DNA of 64,000 nucleotides. Origin: Glaucostegus cemiculus (Eukaryota). The notes beneath the pieces are model-generated. The model searched no databases. It saw nothing but the letters and a program-made list of their open reading frames with translations, and was not told the DNA's origin. Below, one piece after another: positions 12,691 through 24,158 of the stretch. Within the stretch, counting starts at the first letter, position 1. Each line of letters opens with the position of its first letter. The position numbers were made by a program, and so were the translations under genes. The stretch is from positions 8,680,001-8,744,000 of the forward strand of contig CDPCPM010000021.1 of the NCBI GenBank assembly GCA_976551045.1, written 5' to 3'.

Positions 12691-13693
12691 TTTCAGGTCT
12701 TTGATATAAAATGTTAAGTTTGTATCTCTTTTCACAGATGCTCAGGGTTTCCAAAACTTTTTTGTTTTTATTTCAGACTTTTGGCATCTGCAAATTCCTT
12801 GATTTGCTTTCTCTAAATAGAATTAGTTTGATTTTCAAAGGATACTCATGAAGGAGTGAAACTTGACTCTCAATATCAATTGGGCCTACAGTGAAACTGA
12901 ACAGTTTGTGTTGTTTTCAGAAGAAATAAAGTAAGGGTGAGGTTACCCTTTTGGACAGCTAACATCCATGCAAAAGAGCAAGATTGCAAGCAAGCATTTC
13001 CATCAAAGAGGAGAAAAATAAATAGGAACACACACAAACACACACACAAAATATCATTATTTAAAGTAACAAATCTGGATAAACAGTAGCATTTATAGGA
13101 AATCCGTACCAGCAGAATTATTCTGAATATTGATTTGAGGGATCAAAAATGCCCTTTGAAATAACAGCAGTTTGAAAATTTAGCCCTTATTAGTTTTGCA
13201 ATTGTTGAATAATTAGCCATTTTGTCATGAGCACTGCTCATTTCCTACACCAGAGTGCTACTATAAGTTAATATCCTCCATGGGCAGATATCAATGTGAC
13301 GTTGCACAATGGTGGAAGCATGTGCTACCCCTTGGATAACACTGCATAGATTCCACACCCAAGAGCCCTTTACTAAAGGTAGTGGGTATTACGTGACGGG
13401 TGAAAGCCAATGCAAAGACAGAAAAAATGGGGAATAAAGAAATCACCTTCAAAATAATCCATGAATTCAACATTAATTAATAATTAGCCACTAAAATCAG
13501 CTGCTGTTGTATCACTGCTTGACAGGAACATAAATTGCCCAACAAAGAGTGGTACAACAGCTTCCAGTCAATTCTATGTCACATTAGATTTTTTTTAGTT
13601 GCCTTCCAGAAGGCACTTTACCCAAACTACAACAGCGTGACAGAGGGATGTTGGCTCTGATCACGGATCAGAACCGGCCAGTGCAGAGGCGCA

Positions 13694-13967
13694 TCAGAAT
13701 TCATCTCGAGATGTTGTGCCGATGGGGGTTTGGGGCTGCAGTGCCTCAGTGTTCTGAGCTTCAGTACCAATCTCCCCTTGCTCTTTCGTTTTTCTGGACA
13801 ATTTGCGGTTCCAGTCTGTGGCGACCTCATCATTGTCCCAGATCACAGAGGTTTCAGTGTCGCTGACATAACCTGGTTCTCCAGTGTAGTGCGTCGGGTA
13901 AATCAGCAGTGGCTCCACTGAAAAGGCTTTCAAATTGCGAGGTTCATAGAACTTCTTATAATCTTCT
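13694..13967 (-). CDS. COLGALT2: COLGALT2 terminal coding exon 12, ending ...SRDEF*
   Basis: Acceptor ttcttttaaacag|A; TGA at 13694-13696. Translates EDYKKFYEPRNLKAFSVEPLLIYPTHYTGEPGYVSDTETSVIWDNDEVATDWNR...AQNTEALQPQTPIGTTSRDEF. The 'VATDW', 'NTEAL' and 'SRDE' segments favour COLGALT2 over COLGALT1 or CERCAM. Confidence 0.95.
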
Positions 13968-14361
13968 CTGTTTAAAAGAATATAAGGAGTACAATTACCA
14001 GAATTATATTTGGCATACTGCATTTTCCAGTGCTAACTGCATAAATCGACTACACAAGGATCAAATCCTCATCAGTGTCACTAGAAGACTCTTTAAACTA
14101 TGTTCTGATTTGCTGCTCAGGATATTAATTTCATGGGATAAATGTCATACGCAAGTGTACAAAGAAAGAGTGCGGTGAAGTCAAACGGAACACAGATTGG
14201 ATATAGGACAAATTTTTCTGTCTGTCTGAAAGTGATAAGTACTTGCATTTACATACTGCCTTCTGTGACATCCCCCCCCCCAACAACCCAACAATCTAAA
14301 ATTCTTTACGGCCAATTAAATATTTTTAAAGTCTGAACGCTGTTCTGATGTTGGAAACGTG

Positions 14362-14675
14362 GAAGCGGCACAGTGCCACAGGTAGTCAAAGCCGCGGTCT
14401 CACAGTGCCAGAGACCTGGATTCAATGCTGAGTCCCAGTGCTTTCTGCATGGAGTTTGCACATTCTCCCTGTGACCATCAAGGTTTCCAACAGATGCTCT
14501 AATTTCCTCCCACATCCCAAAGATGTGTGGGCTGGTAGATTAATTCGCCACTGTAAATTGTCCCTAAAGTGAGTGGTAGAACCTGGGGGGTGTTGATTAT
14601 GGGATTAATGTAAATAGGTCATTGATGGTTGGAGTGGAAGGATCTGTTTCTATGCTGTTTCTCTCTATGATTCTA
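14362..14675 (+). mobile_element. V-SINE (long-tail subfamily)
   Basis: tRNA-like head, 'tttcctcccacatcccaaagatgtg', tail 'ctgtttctatgctg'. Confidence 0.75.
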
Positions 14676-15404
14676 AGACACACTGCAAAAGAGAGCAATA
14701 TAATAACAAGCAGTTTATTTGTTTTTTTATTATGGTGTCATTGAAGGAAAGGCATTGGCAAGTAGACTTGTCTTTCCTTGAATAATATCATGAGATCTTT
14801 TGCACTTGCCTGAAAACTCAAAGGTTAATCTTGTTTAACATCTGTTCTGGAACATAATGTCTCATGTAGTGCAGCACTCCCTCAACATGGCACTGAAGTG
14901 TTCTTTTAGATAATGTGTGCTCTAATTAGTCTCAGAACAACATGGCCATTTCTTTTGTCCACATCTCAACCAACAATACATCTGAATGATTCTGACTATT
15001 TAATGTAATTAAATGACTGTGGCAGCTTTCCGTTGACATGCAATAATCTCCTTCTACAAGGAGGAGAATTTCAAAAATATTAATTCAAAAGGGTCTTGGG
15101 GCTTAAAATACCACCACATCCCTCTAAAAAAAATGTTATTCTTGCTTTATTTTAGATTCTCTGTGTTCTTCAAACCTATTTTACTTTACTTTATAAATGG
15201 AACATAGTGTGAACAACTATAACTTTAGCTGTTACCAAAGATAAAATGAAGCAATATTAAAATAGCATGATATGAATTTCTAAAAAATATGTTCATCCTT
15301 TCCTGATAGGTATGACCTCATTATTCTAATATAATTCTTGCAAAACTTCTCTGTTACCATTCCAAAAATCCATCAATTGAACTTTCACTTGACGAGATCA
15401 AACA

Positions 15405-16008
15405 CAGACCGTGACCTGCATCTCCCCATTGCCAGTCACTTCAACTCTCCCTCCTACTCCATCACAGATATGTCAGTCCTTGGCCTCCTCCACTGGCAGG
15501 AGAAGTCCAAGCACAAACTGGAAGAACAGCACCTCATTTTCCATCTTGGTACCTTGCAGCCTAATGGCATGAACATTGAATTCTCCCACTTCAAGTAATC
15601 CTCTCAATGCCCACCCCCCGTCCCACTCCCTCCCTCCCCCAACGTGCCTCTTCTTTTCTTCCTTTTCCAAGCCTATCTCTCTTTTCTCTACTCTTTTTTC
15701 CTCTTTACTTTTGACCCATCCCCTGGTGGATCTGCTCTCCCCTCCACCCCCGCATCTGCCTTTCACTATCTCCTACCTGCATCTACCTATCACCACCTCC
15801 CATCTTTTGTCCACCTATCACTGTTTTGCTTTTCCCTCCTATGTACTGGGCTTCCCTTTTTCCTATCTTCAGTCCTGAAGAAGGGTCCTGACCCAAAATG
15901 TTGTCCGCCTGCTTTTCTCCCGGATGCTGCCTGGCCTGTTGAGATCCCCCAGCATCATTGAGGTTTTCATCTAGATATTCCAGCATTTGTAGTCCTTTGT
16001 TTCTTTAA
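15405..16008 (+). mobile_element. Penelope-like element 3' fragment: GIY-YIG endonuclease C-terminus plus terminal repeat
   Basis: HLPIASHFNSPSYSITDMSVLGLLHWQEKSKHKLEEQHLIFHLGTLQPNGMNIEFSHFK* is typical of vertebrate PLE ORF ends. It is followed by a pyrimidine-rich tract and the 'gatgctgcctggcctgttgag...ccagcat' terminal motif. Confidence 0.85.
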
Positions 16009-16009
16009 C

Positions 16010-16232
16010 ATTGTGACCATTTTGACCACTTTACACTACAATGGACTTTGTGTTTTGTTACTCTAATTGTGTTCTTTCTTGTGTAATTTTGGACAACTTA
16101 TGGTTAATTAATTTTTTTGTGTGAATGTTGTGTCTCTAATGATATGCGCCTGTGATACTGCTGCAAGATAGCTTTTCATTGCACCTGTGCATACATGCTT
16201 TTGTACATTTGACAATAAACTTGACTTGGCTT
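16010..16232 (+). mobile_element. LINE 3' UTR (Rex1-like, cttga/ttgac tail family)
   Basis: Homologous to the reverse-strand copies at 33605 and 53070; ends gacaataaacttgacttg. Confidence 0.7.
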
Positions 16233-16561
16233 GTAAATAGAAAAACTCTATCAAGCTACCCGGCTGTCAGCAAGTAAATCTGCATGGGTAACAATTGGTC
16301 AACTAAGGATGATTGACAGAATGGGCTGAACAAAAGATCGAGGCCCATTCATGGGATTTCAGTGCCCTACTGCTATTGTGTGTTCCATCAGCTCTGCACC
16401 TCAGAGAAAGTATCTCCACTGAGGAAATCATGAAACACTGGCATCTCTAATGTCATTTTTCTCAGCATGACATCAGGTCAGAATGTTCTCTGTTGCTCCT
16501 GTTAGTACTGAAACCTGCTTTCCCTTCCAAGTCACCATCCAGACATCTGTCAGTTACTTAC

Positions 16562-16768
16562 ACTGGATGTTTATCGTACATGATGGGCAGAAACTCATCC
16601 ACAGGCAACATCTTCCCAAATGGTTCAGCTGCCAGAAGTTTTTTGGCTCCTTGCTGGGATATAATGTAAGCCAATGTCCAGTAGGAATAATCTGCTTCCA
16701 CAAGGTTCATGATGCCGGGCACTGACTTCTCAGGGTGTTGCACTTGCATTCTTTTCCGGCCAATGTAG
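16562..16768 (-). CDS. COLGALT2: COLGALT2 coding exon 11
   Basis: Acceptor ctttaacttcag|C and donor GT|gtaagt; 207 nt. Translates (I)[68 protein letters not shown](V). Confidence 0.96.
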
Positions 16769-17269
16769 CTGAAGTTAAAGCAAGAAAGGAAAATGTGAGT
16801 GAATTTATGTGCAAGGAGCAGATCTGTGCAAGTTAAATATATCCTGCATCAACTGAAGACGTGCCCTGTATAATGTAGCCAGATGCAAATCTCTAATGGA
16901 GCCATGGATTCATAAGGTCTGGTATGTCCATGCTGACCATCAAATACCCATCTTTACTAATCCCATCAAGTGCCGGTAAATGTACCCTTCTGTGTGTTGC
17001 CTGGATACTTCTTAATGCTGTGAGAGCATCTGCCTCTAGCACCCACTCAGGCAGTGTGTTCCAGATTCCAGCCACACTATGGGTGTAAACGTTCTTCCAC
17101 GGATCCCTTCTAATCCTCTTACCCTAAGCCTATGCTGTCTAGTTTTATGTAATGGTGCATGCAGCCTGAAAATGAAAAGTGCAAAAACTCTTTAACAAGC
17201 AGCATTTGTCTGTTTAAAGTTTAACATATAAACTACCACATTTGTTGTTTTAACAGGTAAATTTGATCC

Positions 17270-17620
17270 CTAGTAAGTCAATGAAACCCAGAGGACTGGG
17301 ACACANNNNNNNNNNNNNNNNNNNNNNNNNNNNNNNNNNNNNNNNNNNNNNNNNNNNNNNNNNNNNNNNNNNNNNNNNNNNNNNNNNNNNNNNNNNNNNN
17401 NNNNNNNNNNNNNNNNNNNNNNNNNNNNNNNNNNNNNNNNNNNNNNNNNNNNNNNNNNNNNNNNNNNNCAGGATGTCCCTGTGATTGTGGTGGAGGTGTC
17501 CTGCAATTTGTGCGTAAGGCATGAGTCTGTGAACGTGACTATGTTACGTTGTTGCTTGACTCCCAAATGTTCATCAAGAGGACTTTGCAGGTGGGAACAG
17601 TTCTAATCAAATATTGCCTT
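17270..17620 (-). mobile_element. Degenerate LINE APE-endonuclease fragment spanning the gap
   Basis: VKQQRNIVTFTDSCLTHKLQDTSTTITG resembles the elasmobranch LINE endonuclease motif VKQQPDIVILTESYL...DTTITIPG (recalled). Confidence 0.5.
17306..17468. other. Assembly gap (163 N) in intron 10
   Basis: Run of N characters. Confidence 1.
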
Positions 17621-17738
17621 CATGCAATGGATTATTGGTTGTTCTGTGGAAATCTTAGTTAGTAAATCATGGTGGAACAGACCAGTCCTGAATTATTCAA
17701 TCTTAAGCCTTTTTAATCTGTTTTTTTACAGAACTCAC

Positions 17739-17866
17739 ATGAGATCCCAGTCCAGCTGGTTATCCTCAATATCTTCCATCAGCTTTGTTATCTTTCTTCG
17801 AAAGTGTGGCTTAAATCTATTGTCATCTTCTAAGACAAGAGCTTTCTTCAGCCCTCGGTCAATGAC
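17739..17866 (-). CDS. COLGALT2: COLGALT2 coding exon 10 (EDD motif)
   Basis: Acceptor ttcttgttgcag|GTC and donor AT|gtgagt; 128 nt. Translates VIDRGLKKALVLEDDNRFKPHFRRKITKLMEDIEDNQLDWDL(I). Confidence 0.95.
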
Positions 17867-19519
17867 CTGCAACAAGAAGACTCACCATATAAAACTTTAT
17901 AGCACGGCGAGATTTCTATTGCTTTGAGTGTAGAAGATCAAGGAATCATAGAGTTTCAGAGTCATTCAGCATGGAAAGAAGACCTTCAGTTCAAAGAGTC
18001 CATGCCGACCATGAAGCTCCCATTGTACACTAATCCTGAACTGGACTGGGTTGGGCCGAGAGGGAGGGGAAAATAGCAGGGTTGGGTTTGGTGATTAAGA
18101 AAGTAATGAAAGCTGAGAGGGTGGGTATAGAATAAACTGATTCCTCCGTGGGATAGTTAAGAACAACAAACCATAAGTTTTAATTTACAGCTGGTATGCT
18201 CAGGTTGTCATCAGGAGGGAGTCATTCACTCAAAGTGCAGTAGATATCTGGAGCTCTCTCCAGCAGATCATTGGAACCACTCTGACCACACTCTGACAAC
18301 GGATTCATCATGGAGTCCAACAGCAGAGCAGGAACTTCCTGTTAGACCTGTCTAGGCTCAGTGACTATTCATTTTAATGGAAAGCTCTGTCTTCACAAAG
18401 AAGTTTCAGGGAAGTTACTTTTTGTTTTACTAAATTGACTAACTTTAATTATTTTAAAGTATTCTGATTGCATTTATAAAATACTTAAATATTTATTAAA
18501 TAAATATAAAATATTTAAAAATGTGATGATAATCGCTGTGGTATGTTTACTTTTCAACAGCTTGAATGTTGGTGAAGATCGGAGACACTTGTAAACATAC
18601 AAGCTGTTCAGAGCCAGATCAACTTCGAGACATGGATCCATGGGATTTATGATTGGGAGACCAATTGCTATGCAGGGCCTCAACAGTCGGATCAGAGCTG
18701 GCTTTGTTGAGGAAGATCCCTCCCAGCTCAAGATACGGATGTCTTTAGTAGCTAGGTGAGCATCACTCTGAGGATATTCTGGGCCATTGAAGAGAACCAA
18801 AGACCAATCTGTGGAGGAAGCGGGAGCATTTGTGCAAGCAATACTGCGCTCCAGGCACAGATGGCGCTATTTTCTCTGTTTACAAAGCAACTGCTACATT
18901 TCTTTCTGGGCTGAGGTGAGTGGTTACCTGTCTGGGTATTCCCACCCTGTAATTTTAAATGCAAAGCGTAAAATTCGAGAGCCATTAATTTTGAAAACGT
19001 GCAAGTGAGGCTATTTTGTCAAGTTCTGTCAAATCAGACAATTAATTGTATACCAGATATGGAAAAGCTTTTGATCTGTGGATGCATATGACTCCTGTTA
19101 TGTCTTGTTGCCAGCCCTGTGTGTGTATATATTGTAAACCTCCCATGGTGGTGGTGATGTCAAACATTTTCCCATAAAAGCATGCAAATCCCATTTATGC
19201 ATATTATAAATAAGCTATAAAAAACTCACACATTTATTCACCAAAGCAAAGTTAATACATTAACCTAACTTGGCTTTACCATTTTTGCACCATTCTGCTG
19301 TCTGAGTTTAGAAAGAAACCAGGCTAACAACAACTGACATTTACAGAGTGAAACTTTCCAAGGTCCCCAACAACTGCATGCACTTACTAATTAACACTTT
19401 CATCCCAGTTCTGATGAAGGGTTTTCACCCTTAAACATTAACTCTATTTCTCTTTCCACAGACGCTGTCTGACCTCCTGAGTATTTCCAGCACTTCACAA
19501 ATTTTTTTTGTTCAGATTT

Positions 19520-19750
19520 TTTTTTTATTTACAGCGTGGTAACAGGCCCTTTCGGCCCACCGAGTCCGCGCGGTGCATTCTAAACCCCGAAATTAACCTA
19601 CCCATACGTCTTTAGAATGTGGGAGGAAACCGGAGATCCCTGGAGGAAACCCATGCAGACATGGGGAAGAATCCTTACAGACAGTGGCCAGAATTGAACC
19701 CAGGTCGCTGGTGCTGTAATAGTGTTATGCTAATCACTGCACTACCGCTA
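19520..19750 (-). mobile_element. Young V-SINE
   Basis: Reverse complement of the 11110 family. It directly abuts a Penelope terminal relic (19405-19515). Confidence 0.85.
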
Positions 19751-19844
19751 CATGTGGGTTAGGCAAGACCTTAATTCCAAGTGGATATCAAGCCAAGAGA
19801 CATCCTACTCCGTGTTTTATCAAGAGAGATTAAATAATGTCATG

Positions 19845-20230
19845 AGTTTAGAAGAATGTGAGGTAATCTCATTTTCTCATTGAAATGTGCAAAATCTTTT
19901 ACAGAATTTAATAGGGTAGATGTTTTGGTTGATATTTCCTGTGGCTGGGGTATCCAGAACCAAGGGTCCACAGCCTTAAAGTAAGGGGACAGCGATGAAA
20001 AATTTCTTCACCCAGAGGCTAATAAATCTTTGGAGTTCCCTACCCAAAAGAGTTGTGGAGGTTCAGTCGCTGTGTTTATTTTAAGCAGGAATTGATGGTT
20101 TTGTTTTAGATATTAAGGTAGTCAGGGGAAATGGGGTCAGTGCAGGATAGCAGTGCTGGGGTAAAAAAATCAGCTATAATCTGATTGAATGGAAGAACAA
20201 TTGTACGTAGCTGTATGTATTCTTTTTGAT
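19845..20230 (+). mobile_element. CR1-type LINE 3' fragment
   Basis: 'gaatgtgaggtaatctcatt...aatttcttcacccagagg...tttggagttccctaccc'. Confidence 0.7.
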
Positions 20231-20259
20231 TCTTAGAGGGTTTTAAAAACAATTTTAAA

Positions 20260-20780
20260 AATTGGTTCATCTGGGGGCCAGTGTTGCTGAGAATTTGTTG
20301 GTTGGTGAGTGATCAGGTCTTAATGTGTGTTCAGACACAGGCAATGCAGATTTACAAAGCATTGAATGTTGTTGGCCAGAAGTGCACTGGAATGGTGAAT
20401 CCTAAGGTAACAGAGGGATGCATGAAGGTTTCAGTGCGAAAAGGTTGAAACAGGGTCGAGTGCATCGAGGAGATAGAGGTAGAAATCGGTGGTCTTCACA
20501 AAGGAATGTTATCTGGCCTGCGAAACATCAAGAACACCAGTCCAGTTTCAGACAACTGGCAGGTAGACGGATGGAGTCAGTGGTGACAGGGGCTAGGAAT
20601 GATGGCTTTGCCTTTCCCAGTCTTTTGATAGAGATTTCTGTTCATCAGTACAGGATGTCAGATAAGCAGACTGACAAAGTAGGGAGAGAGGAGTCAGGAA
20701 GGAAGACTGGGGGGCCTTCTATATCCACGTGCAAACTGACACTATGCTTTTGGATAATGCTGACAAAATGGGATAGATAA
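20260..20780 (-). mobile_element. Degenerate L2-like RT fragment
   Basis: Reverse-strand L2-like signatures ('ggaatggtgaatcctaaggtaacagagggatgcatgaaggtttcag'). Confidence 0.5.
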
Positions 20781-21574
20781 ATCACTCTTCTGTTGGTCCC
20801 AATGCACTTATACTGGGCTGTGTACAAAAATCTGTGTCACACTTAAGAGCAACTCAAATAAGCTATTTAATAGCCTTTTATGGTTGCTAGTTTTACAAGG
20901 AGACATACTTATTCACTTACAGCCTGTGGGTGTTGCACCATTTATTATCCATACACTGATTGTCTTGCTCAGCCAATTGAGAGTTAAAGAGTCAACTGCA
21001 ATAAGGCAAAATCAGGTAAGGGTGGTAGATTTTCTTCCCTGAAGAAATTTAATCATAGCATGGTAACAGCAAGGAGGAATGTTACTCAGCCTATCAGGTC
21101 TGCTCCTGCTCTCTACCAGAACGACTCTGTGGCCATGTATCCATAAGCCTGCAAAATTTTCCCTGCCATTTATTTATCCAATTCTCCCTTGAAAGCTACA
21201 ATGTCATCCATCTCTACCCCATCTGCAGGCAGTGCATCCCCAAATTCCAATCACGTGCTGCATGAAAAGTTTTTTTCTTGTGTCACTTTTAATTCTCACC
21301 TGTTTTATTTTACCCACGATCTCTACTCCTCAACCCTTCACCAAAGGGTACAGTCACTCTGTACTGACTCCTTATCATCTTATACACCCCTATCAAATCT
21401 CCCCTGAGCCTCTTCCTCTCTAGAGAAAACAGTTCCAGCAACTCCAATCTACCATCCAATGAACCAGGAAGGTTTTTGGTTTTTATTTAATGTGAATCCA
21501 ATTGTTTTGTGGCTACCATAATTGAAACCAGCTTTTTATCCAGAATTATTGAATTCTGGATTAACCTTTAAACT

Positions 21575-21822
21575 TTTTAAAAAATTTTATTTACAACGTG
21601 GTAACAGGCCTTTGCGGCCCTCCGAGTCCACGCCGCCCATTTTTAACCCCCAAATTAACCTACCCATACGTCTTTCAGAATCTGGGAGGAAACCGGAGCA
21701 CCAGGAGGAAACCCATGCGGACACCGGAGAACATACAAACTCCTTAGACAGCGACGGGAATTGAACCCCGATCGCTGGCGCTGTAACAGCGTCGCGCTAA
21801 CCGCTACGCTATCGTGCCGCCC
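21575..21822 (-). mobile_element. Young V-SINE
   Basis: Close reverse-complement match to 11110-11350, with CpGs intact. Confidence 0.9.
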
Positions 21823-22659
21823 ACATTTACCTCAATTTAAACTTGGTAGTTGTCACAGTGGAATTAAAACTTACATTGTCTGCTTAATAGCCCAGGCCAG
21901 TGAATACTAATCCAGTAATTTAGACACCGCAAAAGAAAAACTATTGGCCATTATGGTAATAAATTTACAGTCTGTGACGTGTCACAGATAATAGCTACCA
22001 CTCAACAAAGTGATGCACATTTGCAGCACTCTGCTGGAGATATGAGTTGTAAACCCATAGATTGCTGGAGTACGTATTTATGACTAGAATTCTGCTCGTG
22101 CTGAGAGCCTTCTCCAGACTCTTGTCACCAAGGGGACCCCCTAGATAAAGCAGACATTTTCTCCCGAGTTATCAGGGATGATCAGAGGTTAATCACTCCC
22201 TGCAGCAATCTTGTACAGGCATCCAGTTTCAGAGTGATGTTGGCAGAAGATTCCAATCAGGCTCACTTAGCTACAGATGATGGATGATGGTACAGTTTCA
22301 GACATCTCCTCAAAATGTCTAGTCACATTTGCTTCAAATTCTATAAGGAGGCCCCCATCATTTTTTAAACAAAATTTTAATGTTAAACAGAAAGCAAATA
22401 ATGAAACAGACCATGTTTACCCTGGGGCACATAAGATTTTCAGGTTAGATCAGGCCAGTAATTGCAATAAGTGGAACAACCAGTGGCTGGTTCACTGGTC
22501 AGACGTTGACTAACTTGGCCAGCTCTAAAAAATGCCAATAATTGAGCTGATGAGCACTTGGAATTGGATTGAGGGATCCACAAGGGAAAAGAACAACAAA
22601 AGACAGAGGAACTTGACATGATTGGGTAAACTACAACCAATTCTAAGAAAAGGCAGGCA

Positions 22660-23590
22660 TTGTCCTTCTGCAACAAGATTGAGTCTAACCACCTCCCATT
22701 GACATTCAGTGGCATTTCCATCACCAAATCCCCCACTATCAATATCACTAATCAGAAACTTAAATGAATAGGCAGCACAGTAGTGCAGCTAGTAGCCCTG
22801 CTACTTCCCAGTTCAGAGACCTAGGTTCAGTCCTGACCTCCGATGTTGTCTGTGTGACCATGTGGGTTTTCCCTTTGTGCTTCAGTTTCCTTCCATTCTA
22901 TAGATGTGCGGGTTGGAGATTTAATTGGCCACTATCGGTTGCCCCGAATTCGTAGTTTAGTGGTAGAAAACAGATGAGAATGTGGGGAGGACATAACGGG
23001 AATAGTGTAGGAGCAGCGTAAGAATGGGCGGCTGATGGTCACCACAGACGCTGTGGGTTGAAGGGCCTGTTTCCATGCTGCATGACTCAATGACCCACCC
23101 ACATAAATATGATTACAGCAAGGGTAGGTCAGAGGCCAAGAACTCGAAACGAGCTCGACACCATCCGAAACAAAACAGACTCCTTGATTGGCGCACCCAT
23201 CCACCATCCTCAAATCATTCCCTCTCTCCTCCACCGGCTCGTAATGGCTACAGTATGCAGCATCTACAAAATGTGCTGCGGTCACTTATCCAGGCTAATC
23301 CAGCAGCACCACCCAAACCCACAACCTCTACCACCAAGCAGGGGAGCAGTTGAATGTGAACACCACTACCTGCAGGTTCCGCTTCAAGTCACACACCATC
23401 CCGGTTTGGAGAGATATCGCTAGTCCTTCGTCGTTGCTGGGTTTATATCCTGGAGCTCCCACTGGGCAGTACCTTCACAGGACTGCAATGGTTCACGAAG
23501 GCAGCTCAATACCACCTTTTCAAGGGCTACAAGTGCTGAGCAATAAATGTCGGCTTTACACAAGCCATGCTGATCCCAAGAATAGTGAAT
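22660..23590 (+). mobile_element. LINE 3' region interrupted by a V-SINE (about 22790-23090)
   Basis: LINE sequence 'aaatcccccactatcaatatc...cagaaacttaa' resumes at 'acccacataaatatgattacagcaagggtaggtcagagg' after the SINE. Confidence 0.7.
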
Positions 23591-24025
23591 TAAATAAAAC
23601 AATATGCGTAAATGGTCTTTAATAAAAGTCCACTTGGTTTTAATGGTTACACTGGTCAAAACTATCACAGCCACTAAAGACCTCAGGTGATATTTTAGCT
23701 CCTCCCAGGGCAACACTTCATAGTGAATAAGAAAAGGCTCGGAGGGAAGGTAGTCACATTGAGACAGACTCTCCATTGCAACGCCAGGAAGGGTGACCAT
23801 ATAAACTGAGACCAGGTCGAATTATTTCAGATACAAGAGAGAGGTAGGGCAATACTTACAACAACAAAATGTCCTAGTCTCAATCTCAGCAAAAGAAACA
23901 ATTTCTGAATTTATGTTTCCACTTTGAGGCCAAGTGCAGCAAATATTGGCACACACGGTTTACGTGAAGCAGATCTCCAAACAGCAGAAGCATGTGAGTG
24001 TGCAAATTAGGATCCATCTTCTTAC

Positions 24026-24158
24026 CTCTTTCCAGATGTAATAATGGCTCAGGAAGCAGCCAATTTCTCCCCGTGTAAGTATTCTGCCTGAGTACGGGTC
24101 ATGGTAGCCTGGCAACATTTCAATGTTAAGTGCTTTCAGGTGACTTGTGTTGAGGGCT
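24026..24158 (-). CDS. COLGALT2: COLGALT2 coding exon 9
   Basis: Acceptor tatcaacag|A and donor GAG|gtaaga; 133 nt. Translates (K)[44 protein letters not shown], including the GT25 GEIGCFLSH motif. Confidence 0.96.

Noticed and set aside
1-13000. RGL1 3' exons, expected tail-to-tail with COLGALT2 from recalled human synteny
   Set aside because: No Ras-association-domain coding sequence could be recognised on the plus strand here. The gene may lie outside the window.
17250-17566. ORFs containing X runs
   Set aside because: Artefacts of translating through the N gap.
17705-17731. Strong plus-strand acceptor-like site next to the exon 10 donor
   Set aside because: Explained by an A-rich intron start on the sense strand. 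There is no matching donor or other support.
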